Source of the DNA: the human T2T-CHM13v2.0 reference genome, Homo sapiens
Strand: one strand, 5' to 3'
NCBI RefSeq assembly: GCF_009914755.1
Contig: NC_060936.1
DNA length: 64,000 bases
In this document: in pieces, positions 46,784 to 61,063 of the stretch
How the letters are laid out: each line of letters begins with the position of its first letter
Position numbering within the stretch: position 1 is the first letter of the stretch
The notes under the pieces: model-generated
Told to the model about the DNA's origin: nothing
Database searches by the model: none
What the model saw: only the letters and a program-made list of their open reading frames with translations
Position numbers and translations under genes: made by a program

Positions 46784-47222
46784 AATTAAGCATTCTTTCC
46801 ACAATAAGTAAAATTTAAAAAAGAAAAGAACCATGCCCCTCTTATCTGTCCTCTCCAGTTATACAATTCCACAGTGTATAACACCCTGTGTTGACCCTGC
46901 TTCCTATGATGAGCGATTTGGAGATAAGGGTTCACATTAAAGAAAGCCATAGACCTCCCCAGCCCCTTCCTCCACCCGTCATGTCACCAATGCAACACAA
47001 CGACAACGACCATGAGCTGGTTCTTCACCTGCCTGGGCCCTCCCACCATCTACCCGAGTCACAGAACTGCATTGGGGAAAGCAAAAACAAACCCCTGTCT
47101 GATAAATGCCTAAATGAAAGGGACATTTTCCACACAGATAAACTTCTTTCAGTGGGATTGTTTGCTGAGATATGGAACTGCTGACAGACAGAAATCCAAA
47201 CCCCAGTCTGACATCCACACAC

Positions 47223-47414
47223 AAAAAAATCAGAGAATATAAGCCCTAGAAAGGGTCTCAAATTGACTGGACTGGCTGAAACAAACTGAACTACTTTTCC
47301 AAGGACAGAATTAACCCTCAATTGTACTCAGCTCTGCACAGTGGTTACTGGGGGGCCTCTGGTACATTCAGGAGACTTGATGGTAATTCTAGGGAAAAAA
47401 AGGAACTAACGTAA
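47223..47414. repeat. Unrecognised duplicated element, copy A (paralog at 57722-57926)
   Basis: Manual alignment about 77% identical over ~170 nt with one gap. Confidence 0.85.
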
Positions 47415-47702
47415 GTCTAGTCTGCGTCTGTCCCAAGGTCATTTACAGACCAACTGTGGACAGCTGGCGGCCCCTCTGCCTTCCGACCTCATCGTCCACT
47501 CCAGACCTCAGGGCACAAGAGTCAGCCAGCTGGTGGCTTGCATCCTACCCTTCTAGTCTTTGGATTAGAGGAAGGAGGTATCTGACACTTAGTGAGCAGA
47601 GCTTGAGCATTTGCTTTGTCATATGTGTTACAATTAAAACATGAACAACAGCTACATTTCTAAGAGGGCAGAATAATTAGCAAATTCAAGAACGAAGAAT
47701 CT

Positions 47703-48030
47703 GGCTGAGTATGGCACCTCAAACCTATAATCCCAATGCTTTGAGAGGCTGAGGTGGGGAGATGGCTTGAGGCCAGGAGTTGGAGACCAGCCTGAGCAAC
47801 ATAGTGAGTGAGACCTCATCTACACACACACACACACACACACACAACTAGCTGGGTGTGGTGACACGCATCTATGGTCCCAGCTACTCAGGAAGCTAAG
47901 GCTGGACAATCACTTGAGCCCAGGAGGTCGAGGCTGCAGTGAGCTATGATCAGGCCACTGCACGCCAGCCTGGGCAAGAGAATGAGATCCGTCTCTAAAA
48001 AAACTTTTCATATAATTAAAAAAAAAAAAA
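47703..48030 (+). mobile_element. AluJ with (CA)n microsatellite in the linker (47822-47846)
   Basis: Dimer. Confidence 0.9.
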
Positions 48031-48654
48031 GAATGAAGGGTCTGTTTATAGCTGTATTGTACTAGAAGTCATCGTAATAACAATGATAGTTACCCATATA
48101 TATATACAGCACCTACTACAGGTAGGTATGTTACACGCATAACTCTAAATTTCCATATTGTCTGAGGCACCAGTATTTGATGCCCATTGTAAAGACTAGG
48201 AAACTGAGGCTTAGAAGTCGACCTGTTACGGCTTAGTAAGTTGGAGAACTAGGATCAGAAGACAGGTCTGCCTGGCTTCAAAACAAATACTATTTCCACA
48301 AACCACACTGCCTCCTTGTACAGGACAGTTATTTTCTTTGCTTAAAACAGACCTAAATATTATCAACATCAGTATGTGAAAATACTGACTGAGCCTTGGT
48401 GTTTGCTATAAATTGCATGGTGTAGAATTCTAACCTGAGCACTCAGATCTAAAATGAAGCTGAATGACTTGAGGTTAAACAAACAAAATGTTCACAAGAA
48501 AACTGGCCACAATAGCTGGTTGGTTTCACCTGCTGCTGTTCTGAAAGGTAAAGGCCTTCTCAGCTCACAGACATTCAATTATGCACTGCCTCTCCAAGAA
48601 ATGCCCTGAGATGCTGTCCACCTACGACAAAGATCCACTTACATGCAAGCACTT

Positions 48655-49036
48655 TTTCCTCTTTCTTTCTTTTTGAGATAGGGTCCTTTTCTTTTGTCAC
48701 CCAGGCTGGAGTGCAGTGGCGCAATCGTGGCTCACTGAGCAACACAGTGAGCAACATAGTGAGACCTCATTTACATACACACCCACAAAAAACTAGCTGG
48801 CTGTGGTGACACATCAGCCTCGACCTCCTGGGCTCAAGCAATCCTCCCACCTCAGCCCCCAACCTTGCTGGGATTACAGGCATGCGCCACCACGCCCAGC
48901 TAATTTTTGTATTTTTTGCAGAGATAGGGTTTCACTGTGTTGTTCGGGTTAGTCTGGAACTCCTGGGTTCAAGCGAGATCTGCCCACCTTGGCCTCCCAA
49001 ATCCTGGAATTACAGGCAAGAGCCACCGTGCCTGGC
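48655..49036 (-). mobile_element. AluJ carrying a 77-nt opposite-strand Alu insertion
   Basis: Consensus gctcactg|cagcctcgacc split at 48738-48814. Confidence 0.88.
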
Positions 49037-49046
49037 CATAAGTGTG

Positions 49047-49355
<309 letters not shown>

Positions 49356-49860
49356 TAAAAACAAACTATTACAGAATCAAGACTTCCTACTACAGTGTCT
49401 ATCTCAGAGTTGGAGCCAAAGGCCCTTCAAGAAATTCTCCAAATGAGTGTTTTTCAAATGCTTGGAGAAATCCATCCCAAGATTAGGTATACAGCACTCC
49501 AGATGGTTATTTTCAAGTGGACGACATCTGGCTATAATTCATTTTGGTGCATTTGTTAAAAAGTCAGGCTGTAACTTACAGCCTGCAATTAACTGATAAA
49601 CTACAGAGAGGAAATCTTTGCATCCCAGCAGGATGCTGCTGACCTTACTCCTGACGCAGACAGACATGACATAAAAGGTTGGAAAATGTGCGTGGTCTGC
49701 TCAAGAGAGAGCATCTGAGCCTCTGCCTGCGCTGGTCACTGCAAACCTGCGTCCACTATGTCTAAGGCCTTCAAACTCAGCAACATCACCAACAATGGAA
49801 GTTTCCTCTGCTGTCCAGAAAAGAAGCTCCAATGTAAGAGTATCAACTTAGAGCCCTCAC

Positions 49861-49964
49861 CTGCATGCTTGTGGGGGTGCTGAAGACTCCGCTGGCCTTG
49901 AGGGCTGCTTCCCTGTTGTAAGAAGAGGGCTGCGCCTTTCACCATGAAAAAGCTCTCACTTAAG
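49861..49964 (-). CDS. SSH1: SSH1 exon 3 (LSESFFMVKGAALFLQQGSSPQGQRSLQHPHKHA)
   Basis: cag|C, G|gtgagg; 104 nt; Slingshot N-terminal motif SESFFMVKGAAL. Confidence 0.96.
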
Positions 49965-50271
49965 CTGGGAAGGATAAGACCAGAGCACAGTTAGACCGGA
50001 ATTCAGACAGGAAAATGGACAAAGAATTACTGCAGGGGAAAAAGCTTTAGCGTGGACAAATGGCATGTAAAATGCAAATAGGATGAAACTGCTTTTATAA
50101 TAATTCCACGTAGTACTTTTCTCAAACCTTGCTTTTGCTAAAAGCTTGCTGCTGGAGAATTTTCGTGACAAAATAATGCTTCTGTGACAACACCCAAAGT
50201 TCTACATAGGCTCTCCAGGGCCCCTTTCTGCAGAATACTGGACAGGGATCTCACTGTCATATAACATTTTC

Positions 50272-50566
50272 TTCTTTCTTTTTTTTTTGAGACGCAGTTT
50301 CACTCTGTCATCCAGGCTGGAGTACAGTGGTGTGATCTCAACTCACTGCAACCTCTGCCTCCTGGGTTCAAGCGATTCTCATGTCTCAGCCTCCCCAGAA
50401 GCTGAGATTACAGGCATGTGCCACCATGGCCAGCTAATTATTGTATTATTAGTAGAGACATGGTTTTACCATGTTGGCCAGGCTGGTCTCAAACTCCTGA
50501 CCTCCAGCAATCTGCCTGCTTAGGCCTCCTGGAGTGCTGTGATTACAGGCGTGACCACGCCCAGCC
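50272..50566 (-). mobile_element. AluS
   Basis: Dimer; TSD ataacattttct. Confidence 0.93.
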
Positions 50567-50770
50567 ATAACATTTTCTAAGAAAAGAGAACAACTCCCTG
50601 ATTAGGAGAGGGCAGTCTACTTTGTGAATTCTCATGCTCTTGCTGTTGATCTCTGCTTCTAACTCTCTGGCTTTTAACAACTCCATTGTTTCTTGGTGAC
50701 TTCCCTTGATGGAATACAAGATGAAATTACACTTTCACTAGTTGTTTGCATTTTAAGAAAAGTGGGGAGG

Positions 50771-51093
50771 GGCCGGGTGGCTCAAGCCTGTAATCCCAGC
50801 ATTTTGGGAGGCCAAGGCAGTGGATCACTTGAGGTCAGGAGTTCGAGACCAGTCTGGCCAACATGGTGAAACCCTGTCTCTACTAAAAATGCAAAAATTA
50901 GCCAGGCGTGGTGGCACATGCCTGTAATCCCAGCTACTCAGAAGGCTGAGGCACAAGAATCGCTTACTTGAGCCCCAGGGACGGAGGTTGGAGTGAGCCA
51001 AGATCGCACCACGCACCACTGCACTCCAGCCTGGGCGACAGAGCAAGACTGTGTCTCAAAAAAAAAAAAAGAAAGAAAGAAAGAAAGAAAAAA
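50771..51093 (+). mobile_element. AluS with (GAAA)n tail
   Basis: Dimer; TSD aaaagtggg. Confidence 0.94.
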
Positions 51094-51277
51094 GTGGGTG
51101 GATACTGACTTGTGATTTAACTTAGTCAAGGTTGTCCTGTCCACTATTCTTGAGGAAAACCTCAAGTTGGCCCAATGAATTTCTCAGCAGAATGAATCTT
51201 TGGCCTTTGTTATTTTAGCTAGCAATAACATTTATAACTACCTATAACTTTAAAAATTACAATTAAAAAATGTTTAT

Positions 51278-51364
51278 TTGGGAGGCTGGGGTGGAAGGAT
51301 CATTTGAGCCCAGGAGTTCGAGACCAGCCTGGGCAACGTTGTGAGACCCCGTCGTACATCAAAA
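51278..51364 (+). mobile_element. Alu left-arm fragment
   Basis: ttgggaggctgg...gagaccccgtc. Confidence 0.8.
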
Positions 51365-53865
51365 GTTTTTATTTTTAATTTCACTTTCATGACTTGGCTA
51401 TCAAGTCTGGCTTTTGCAAAAATTAAGACATAAGAAAAGAATGCTTCAGCTATGAATTACTATCAATTGTTCAAAAATACCATCAACTCTCAAAATTATG
51501 CATAAAATACACCAAAATTATTAACAACGGCTTTGCGGGAGGTGGGGGAGGAGGAGGAATAGATTATCTTCTAGTATTTTCCAAATGTTCTATATTAAAC
51601 ATATATTAACCTTTAAAACATCTACTTTTGTTTGATTCTCAAAATAATATAAAACACTACTATATAATTTAAAAAGAACATTCTAATCTTAATAATTTCA
51701 TAAAAGGAGGTCACAGTTCAAATTGTAGGCAACTATAAAAATTTCGCTCTTGAACAACCAATGAACATATACATGATTTGAAGGAAAAATCCCTAAGAAA
51801 AAGCAGTCTTCTAATTAAAGAGAACCTTGAAATTAAGTAAATCAATTCCTGACAGAAAGACGAAGATGTTTTCTGTAATACAAGAAAGCAAGATCACCTT
51901 TGCCCCAGACATCTAATGTTAGTAGTTAAACGTTCGAATTCTGGAATAAAAAACTCAGCAAAGTCTAAAGTATGACTCTGGGTGCCAAGAAAATGCCACA
52001 GGAACTAGCATTTCCAATCAGCAGCTCCTGAGATCAGGAAGACTGTTATGTTCTATGATATAAAGTCCACAATAAAATCTGTTAGTTTTTCTGGTTAAAT
52101 GCTCATGCTAAAAATAGTGACTGCTCAAATATTAAGTAAGAAGACTTAGTTTTGCCTTCTTGTTCAGTCCTCTGAATTCCAGGCAATTGGTTTTCGATAT
52201 CTTGTGACACCAATACTTGACATCTAACAGCATTTTGTCCACTACTGCAGATGCACTGCCGAGTCATCCTTTCCACCCTCTCACAGGCATATATTTGTGC
52301 TGCAAGGTTCAAGTGTTGAGGAGCTCAGGATTATAAATAACGAAAGAAACGAGAAGCAGCCTTTCTTTGCTGTCTCACCCTCACTCATAGGAAGTAAAAA
52401 GCTCTTTAGCATCCATCTGGCCGATCTCATTTCACAGGCTGCAGAATCACCTAACCCTTTCCACCTGCAAAGCTTGTCACTCTCTCCTTCCTTAGAATCT
52501 CACAGCTGAGTATGTTTTCAGAACTGTTCTTAGACACAGATCATTTACTATTTATTCTCATCAAAATCTGAAACAGCTATGCGAGAGGTTCCAAACTCAT
52601 GAAACCTAAAACAACCATCAGTTCATCGAAGCAGCTGGGAAAATCTTTTCGAGACAACATCAACTGCTTTTGTTCATGAGATTAAAAAAAAAAAATTCAT
52701 ACTGACCAGAAACCCAAGCACGCTGGAAAGAGCCAACCATTAACGATGACCTTTGCCTTGGAAACCATGAGCAAAAATTCCCCTTGGTTTCCCTTATATT
52801 TCCTTTGGAAAAAAAAAGGAACAATGCAACAGACTAGGCTGGTTTCACTCTGTGATCACTTACAAGGCCAGCTGTTCCTCCTCCATGTTCCTACACTGAT
52901 AAGAATCAGGGACTCCTGCTCTACGCATGAAGTCAGGATGGCATTGATTGGGGCCCTGGAACACTCTGCCTCTGTTCCCCCACGACAATCAAGTAACAGG
53001 CATTTACTGTAAAAAGCAAGACTGGAAGCTGCAGGGAAGCCCAAGTAGCAGCGCATTATCCCGAAGCTGTGAGATCACCCTGCGTCCTGCAAATACAGTC
53101 AGGAGATACAGCCAGAGGAAACCGCACGACATGACTCTCCGGGTGGGGGGTGGGGTGGGAGGCCGCAGAGCATGGTCAGTCACAGGATTTATGAAAACAA
53201 GATGCAGAAAGTCTCTGTGACCCGGCTTCCTGGCTTCTCTTCTGAGCTCACTCTGGGCCCAGAGCCTCATGCGCCCTCTGCGTGGCTGACCTGAATACTG
53301 TATCTGACGACTGCAGCTTCTGATGCCCAGAGGCACAGGCTCCCGATTCATCAGACCCTCAAAGTGTCCCACTGGGGAAGTCCATGAAGAAATCCACATT
53401 GGTGATGGCACGCTCACTTTACCAGGTGTCTGGGGCCAGGAAGCCCAAACCCACAAGCCATCCATCCCAGCCACCCAGAAGTCACTCTTCTCACAAAAGA
53501 TCTGAGTGTCCTAAAAGGAGTGACTAAAGTTACAAAAGGTCAGACGCAGACAGACAAAACGGAAATGTCTTCCTCCACCGCTGTAAGAAAAATCTTGATG
53601 AGGGATAAAAAAAAAAAAAGCCGCTGCCCTCTCTACCCGCCAACTGGAATGTTTTTATCTCCACCACACAGATCTGTTCTCGGACACTGATTACTGCCAT
53701 TCGGGAAGCTTCATAAGATTAAAGTTTCTCCAAAGCATTGAAGACAGACAAAAAACCTCAATCAATGCTCCTCAAAAAACCCCAGGCCCCCAAAATATAA
53801 ACAGCCAGTGTCATCCAGAAACCAAGCCATGGCAGGAAACCAGTAATCAGGGTGGTCATACGTAC

Positions 53866-54008
53866 TAATTTGAGCTGGAAACCTCTGGACAGCAGAAGCA
53901 GTGGGTTGGCTGAAGGAAGATGCAGAAGTCGGTAAAATAAAAGAGGTTCGTGGCTGCAGTGCTCACATCTCTAACGCTCCCTACAACTGCCCTCCGAGCT
54001 CTGGCCAT
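53866..54008 (-). CDS. SSH1: SSH1 alternative first coding exon (MARARRAVVGSVRDVSTAATNLFYFTDFCIFLQPTHCFCCPEVSSSNY)
   Basis: ATG at 54008; donor TA|gtacgt is phase 2 and joins exon 3 (C) to give TAC in frame; agrees with my recollection of an annotated N-terminal variant. Confidence 0.75.
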
Positions 54009-55650
54009 CTGCTCCCTATGGAGATCAGGAAAAGCCAGGAGGCTGCCGAGTGCTTCCACGAGGGCTGGGGAGCCAACTCCTCCTCAGAGTCCTACCCGAA
54101 AAGCAAATGGCTCTTGTGGAACTCTTGTCTTCCTCTGATATTTTGGCTGAAAAAGGCCCTTGTCCCAGCACATCCTGATGAAAGAGGGCCATTCAGCAAA
54201 ACAGCTGAGGTTCCTCTAATCACTGCACTCCTACGGGCTTTTCTGTAGGCCGGAGAAACAAGCACCGGGGTGTGCATTCGACATTGTGAGGGCAAACAAC
54301 TGGCCCCAAGGAACCAACCCCAAGCAACAAGACCCCCTTCCGATTCAAATCAACATTCTGAAGGATGACTCTTTCTTTCAAATCAGCATCCATTTACCCA
54401 ACGGTGACGGTGACGTGGGCAGCTGCCGCAGTTAGTTATTCTGCGTACTCAAAGCACGGTTACATCCTGAAAATTCTTCAGTCATGCTAACAGCTATCTG
54501 AGGGGACACGCCAGGTAGAGGGGACCACATGCACACCTATGAGGAGCTCTGGGATACGCACGGTGCCCAAGGCAGGTCAGGCTGCAAAGGTCCTAAAGGT
54601 TGGAGGTGTGATCCCAAACCCTCCAGGCACAAGCCAGCCAAGAGCTGTGTTTTTAGCGTTTCTTTCAGTGAGAGAAATAAGTTCAGGATGTGAATAACCA
54701 TGACGCAGGAGAGAATGGAATAAGTACCCTAAGAAAGGGGCTCGGCTAGGGTTTACAAGAGGGAGGAGGGAGCATTTAACTGGTGACTTCTGGAACAATT
54801 CCTGAAGGAAGCAGCACTGAGTAGGGGCTTCTCTTCCCTCGGCTCACAAGTGACCAAGCGATCCTCCCTACGGATTAAGTGAAACACACATTACCATGAT
54901 TCTGGTTTTGCAGGTGAGGAAACCCCAGCTTGCCTAGGAGCACATATCTCTACAAGATGGGGCTGGACTCACATCTATCTGCCCCACGCCCACCTGCTTA
55001 ACCCCTGTTAAGCAGCTGTTCTACTCATCCAGAATGAAAATCAGAGCCATTATGCTGCGGTCACATCCGCTCATGCCTGCCCAGGTGCCTAATGGCAAAG
55101 CCACTAAGGCACTGAGAAGTCAGAATGTGGATCACATCTTCCGTCCTTCTTCCCAGTATGTGAATGCATCATGCGTGGGAAAGAGAGAGAAGGAACCATT
55201 CAAGCAAACAGAACTCCAGGAAGACGAGACTGTGCCGGGGTTCTTCCATCTGCCCAAGTAGAAATCAGAAGGGCAGGGGACCCACAGCCTTATCCTACCC
55301 ACCACTGCCGTCATAGTTGGGGGACAGGACACATCCTTTGGCCCTTCTGCACTGCATAGAGGCTAAGGAGTTCTGTAAACCACACAGCCACGCTGACCAA
55401 GAAGTCGCTTTCAAGGTAAGTTTCTCATCAACAGGACTATTATTTACTGAGGATCTCCCATGTGGCCAAGGCTGTAGGAGGTACTTAGCTACGCCACGTC
55501 ATTGAACTCTGGCAGTTCTGCAGGGTAAGGTATTTTCTCCATATGACAAACGAAGGAAGCCCGTCAACAATTCCAAAATAGAATCACCAGGGATAGCATG
55601 GACAACGCCCATGGTGACTGCCGCGCTTTAAGGTTTAAGAAAAGTAAAAA

Positions 55651-55929
55651 CTGGGGGTGATGACTCATTCCTGTAATCCCAGCACTTTGGGAGGCTGAGA
55701 TGGGTGGATCATTTGAGGTCAGGAGTTCGAGACTAGCATGGTCAACATGGCAAAACCCTGTCTCTACTAAAAATACAAAAATTAGCCAGGTGTGGTGGTG
55801 CATGCCTGTAATCCCAGCTACTCAGGAGGCTGAGGCAGAGAATCACTTGAACCCAGGAGGCGGAGGTTGCAGTGAGCCAAGATCGCACCACTGTACTCCA
55901 GCCTGGGCGACAAAGTGAGACACTGTCTT
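55651..55929 (+). mobile_element. AluS with G-rich replaced tail
   Basis: Dimer; TSD aaaagtaaaaa. Confidence 0.93.
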
Positions 55930-56423
55930 GGGCAGGGGCGGTGGGGAACAAAAGTAAAAACAATGGTCTGGGAATTCATATTTCTGGGTTCCAATTTACA
56001 TTCTACCATATATACTCTGATTAACCCCTAGAATTAACCCCTAGAATTCCTTACAGGGTTCTGTTCATTCATCCAAACAGGCAAACATTTGCAGAGCATG
56101 GAGCACAGGGTAAGCCAAGCCAGCCCAAGCTCTGATAAGGGCAAAGACAGCCATCCTCTTTAAGGAATGGGTATATGTGCTGGTGATCTGGGTGTCTGCC
56201 CTGCTGCATAGAAACAGCATTTCTTGAAGAACAAAAATAGTAGGTATAGAAACATCACAGTATGGAATATCCAAACACCCCTGAATTCCAACTCTGGTCA
56301 TACATTGAAACAACCTATCAAACTCCTAAAACACATTCATGCCCAGGTCCAGCCTCAGCAGAGTCTAATTCGGAAGGTCTGTGATGAGTCCTGGGCATCT
56401 ACTTTTTTAAAAAGTTCCAGGGA

Positions 56424-56704
56424 GCTGGGCATGGTAGCTCATGCCTGTAATCACAGCACTTTGGGAGGTCAAAGTGGGAGAATCAGTTGACCCCTGGAGT
56501 TCAAGATTAACCTGGGCAACGTAACAAGATCCCATCTCTACAAAAAAATAAAAATAAAATTAGCTAGGCTTGGTGGTGTGTGCCTGTAGTCCCAGCTGCT
56601 CAGGAGGCTGAGGTGGGAGAATCACTTGAGCCTGGTGAGGTCAAGGCTACAGTGAGCTGTGACCACACCACTGCACTCCAACCTGGGAGACAGATCTTGT
56701 CTCC
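56424..56704 (+). mobile_element. AluJ inserted in a MER5-like element (~56300-56752)
   Basis: TSD aaagttccagggg; flanks resemble MER5A. Confidence 0.88.
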
Positions 56705-56771
56705 AGAAAGTTCCAGGGGGTGCTTCTGATGCACAGCCAAGTTTTAAAAACCTCAGAATCAAATAACATCA

Positions 56772-57125
<354 letters not shown>

Positions 57126-57427
57126 TCATAAAGATACCTCTCACATAGGTACACGTCGATGTTTTCTGCTGGTAAAAGGTAACACCAACAAAAAGGCATG
57201 GTGCTCTCAGAAGGTGGGTGATGTGATTAGGTGCAATAAAGGGAGGTCATGCTAGGGTCAAAAACAAAATAATACTCTCTTTGGAAGCAGTAAAACAGAT
57301 GCTAGTCTTCTACTACACACTTTCAGAGACCTGAATGTTCTTCTGGCCCTCTAAGGGAGACGCTGCATCATGACAATACGAAATGATGACAGTGAAAGCA
57401 AAAACAGATCAGACCTGTGCTGTGTGA

Positions 57428-57547
57428 AACAGACATGGGGTCTCGCTATGTTGCCCAGGCTGGTCTCCAACTCCTGAGCTCAAGCGATTGTTCCGCCTTG
57501 GCCTCCCAAAGTGCTGGGGTGACAGCTGTGAGCCACCGAGACCAACC
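57428..57547 (-). mobile_element. FLAM
   Basis: Monomer; TSD cagatcagacct. Confidence 0.85.
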
Positions 57548-57721
57548 TCAGATCAGACCTTTGACAAACTCTGCTGTGGACAAAGCATTCTGGTGAATGT
57601 CAACTCATCTGATCTTCACAAAACCGTGTGGAAGACCAGACAGGCATTATTACACTAATTTATGCCTAAGGAAACAGGGAGTTAAATAGTACAAATTTAG
57701 GATTTCTGATGCTGTATCTCG

Positions 57722-57926
57722 AAAAAAAAGTAGAGAATATGAGCCTGAAGAAGAGGCCCTGTAAAGGGTCCCAGATTGATGGGACAGGCTGAGACAAACG
57801 GAATCACTTTTCCCTGGATAGAACTAACCCTCAATGGTACCCCACTCTGCATGGTGATTACTGAGGGGACTGTCAATTGTCCAGCGAACTTGATGGTAAT
57901 TCTAGGAGAAAAAGGAACTAATGTAA
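57722..57926. repeat. Unrecognised duplicated element, copy B (paralog at 47223-47414)
   Basis: Shared blocks such as acttgatggtaattctagg, aaaaaggaactaa, taaccctcaat. Confidence 0.85.
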
Positions 57927-58667
57927 TGCTGTCAGCATAGAAAGATGGGTGCCAACGAGCATTCCAAAAAGGAGGCTCTGTTAATTCGGTTTCGATCAAC
58001 AAGTATTTGCTGAGTGTCTATTGTGTCCGGTCAGTGCTAAGGCCTGAGAATTTAGAAGTGAAACAGACCCGGTTTCCACCCATGCCACAGACCACTCCAC
58101 ACCTGGTCTGGAGTGACACTGGAGGGCCAGGCAGGCACAGGACAGTAACTTCGATATAAGGCAGCAAGTTCCACGGTGGAAGGAGGTGGAAGGTGCAGAT
58201 GCACGTACACACAGGGGTTCAGGGAGGCCTCCCTGGAAGAAATGAAGCCTGCGAGGCCCTGAAGGATCAGTAAACAGAGAGGCATAAGGGGCAGGAGAGT
58301 AAGATGATTATGCTACATGTACCTTATTGTGAACCCAGGAGGATTTGGCCTCTGTCATAAAAGGCCCCCCTGTGGGTTCATAAACCTCAATTTACAAATT
58401 GTGCTTTATATATCAGTTCCTTATAAGTTTGGTTAGCGTAAATTGGTTTCTTAGAACTTGATCATCCCTGAGTGAACTCACAAATTCAAGTTTCAGAATG
58501 TGCAAACCTAAGAAACAAACCTCATGCTTGTGGTTGAGACATCGCACTGTCAACATCACAAATTCTCAGCACCTGAATGCCTGGTATACTATCAACATAT
58601 ATTGTTTTAAATATGTAAATAATAGCTTTCTAGTTATAGAGAGTTTGTCCCTACATTTTTCCACTTA

Positions 58668-59054
<387 letters not shown>

Positions 59055-60303
59055 TCAGAAAGCAGCACCATCTGACCTGCAGCAATAGCAGCAACGTGGA
59101 AAGCTAATCAACTGACCTCAAAACCACTCTCAGTGAGGCTCTGGATGGATTCAGAACCCCAGGCCTAGCAAAGTGAAGTTGATAAAGATGTAAAGGAGAT
59201 CGAAAATTCACCATTTGGAGAGAGATTAGCTAAAGACTGCAGGTCGGATGGAAAATTCTTTCCATGGTTCTCCCACAGGTTCTTCCCTCATTTGGAACTC
59301 GTGTTTAAAAGTCACAAAGACCCTGAGTTGGGCCAAGGTCTCGTTCTTCTTCACTGTGGGCCTTGCAGTGCAACATGGCAGGGCCTCGTTCCAAATGTCA
59401 CTCTTCAGAGCCTAAGAAAACAAGTAACTTTAGGGACACACCTGTCAACCGGAGCTCCCAAATTGTACCCCCCTAAACACATAATGCTGAGCATAGAAAA
59501 ATTCCAGCTCTGCAGAGCGTTATACTTAGGGAAAGGGGTCACAGACAAGGAATGCTGGCAGGGCTCATTACAAATATCTTTGCTGCTGGAACATGTATTG
59601 TTTGGCTAGAAGGCGTAGGCTTCTCTCAGAGAGAAGGAATGTCCAAAAGTATTTCAGACAGTAAGAGACATTCTCTGAGCCAGCTACACAGCTCTCCTTC
59701 AAACCAACGGGTAGCGGCAAGCAGCTGAACTGACCAGCGAGCTCGCAAAAGCAAGCTTTTTTTTTTTTTTCTCCCTAAATAAGACAGCAAGTGATGTGTC
59801 TTGGCTTGGTTTAGCAAATTTTAAGATAGTTCCCTGATGACCCCAAGAGCCCTCAGGCCCCATGGAAGCTGGAGCTAATGCATCTTCCTCCAAGCATCAT
59901 CTGCTCTACCAGGATCTAAGCCCCTTCACGAGGGCAGAAGGTATAAAGGCTGCACTGTGCGGGAAATGCTATGGCAGCAAAGACAGCCAAACACGCCAGA
60001 AATAACAGGCACATGAAGGAAATGTTTCTGAGACAGCTCAAAAATTCCGAGAAGAGATTATCCCGACTGTCCCAGGTTCTCAGCCCTGTCTATGGTATGC
60101 AGCCCCATACCACAGTCATTTGTCACCGAGTCCTAACTTTGTCAGAGGCCCCTCCTTTCAGGTCTCTCAGGCACCACCCAGTTCTGGCCCTCCTCACCCC
60201 CGTGAGCCAGGCGACATCCAAGCAGCCCCACGGTGCACCCGGCTCTGTGCTGCATTCTCTGAATGTCCCTGAAGGCCAGGGCTGTTGTATTCTCTACCCA
60301 CTC

Positions 60304-60464
60304 TCTGTCTAGTATGGGAGCCACTGGCCAGATGTGTTGACTGAACACTTAAGATGCAGTAAGTGTGACCAAGAAACTGGGTTTGTCATTTTATTTCATT
60401 TTAGTTAATTTAAATTTAAGTTTAATTAGCTACATGAGGCTATCAGCTGTGGTATAGGACAGCA
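60304..60464. mobile_element. MER3-like hAT MITE
   Basis: ctgtctagtat...gtataggacag ends and AT-rich core. Confidence 0.65.
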
Positions 60465-61063
60465 GAGCTCCGGAAGCTTTTGGCCTGGTGAGAAGAATCA
60501 GGACAAGCGCCTCCCTGGCCTCTCGCCCACTCTGCACAGCCGCTAACCATTGCTCTCATGACATTCTTTCCCAGCCCCAGAACTTTTAGCCATGTGACAT
60601 CATCTATTGATTAGAGTCCAAACTTCTTGTGCTAACTCTCTATGGGTTGCCACAATTAGCCATTGTATGTCGTTAACCTAAATTTCATTCATCTGCTATG
60701 TCCTGACCTTAGGGGCTTAGAATATAGTTAGAAAACAGTATTTCAGAATAAAAAACCATTCTTGTATTACCTCTCGCACTATTCCCCCTGTTCTCCATGC
60801 TTCGCATTCTCTGTTCTATCCCCAGCTATAGCACTGTCCCCATAAAGCCTACTGTGGTTCTCGGCTCATGGTGTCCTTCCTCCCATCTGCCTCCCGACGT
60901 CATGCCTGTCTTCCAGTGTTTATGCCTTCTCCAGGAAGCTTTCTCTTGTGGCCCTCGCTGTGAGCTATAGCTCCTCCCTTTCAACATCTTCTAGCACCTC
61001 CTCTTACTGTGCAGGTGAGGACACTGAGGCTTAAGGGTTAAGTCACTTGCTCAAGGTCACATA

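Noticed and set aside
56020-56048. 14-bp tandem duplication ttaacccctagaa(t)
   Set aside because: Ordinary slippage duplication with two copies
57722-57926. H/ACA snoRNA interpretation of the duplicated element
   Set aside because: ACA and H boxes are not conserved in both copies on the SSH1 strand
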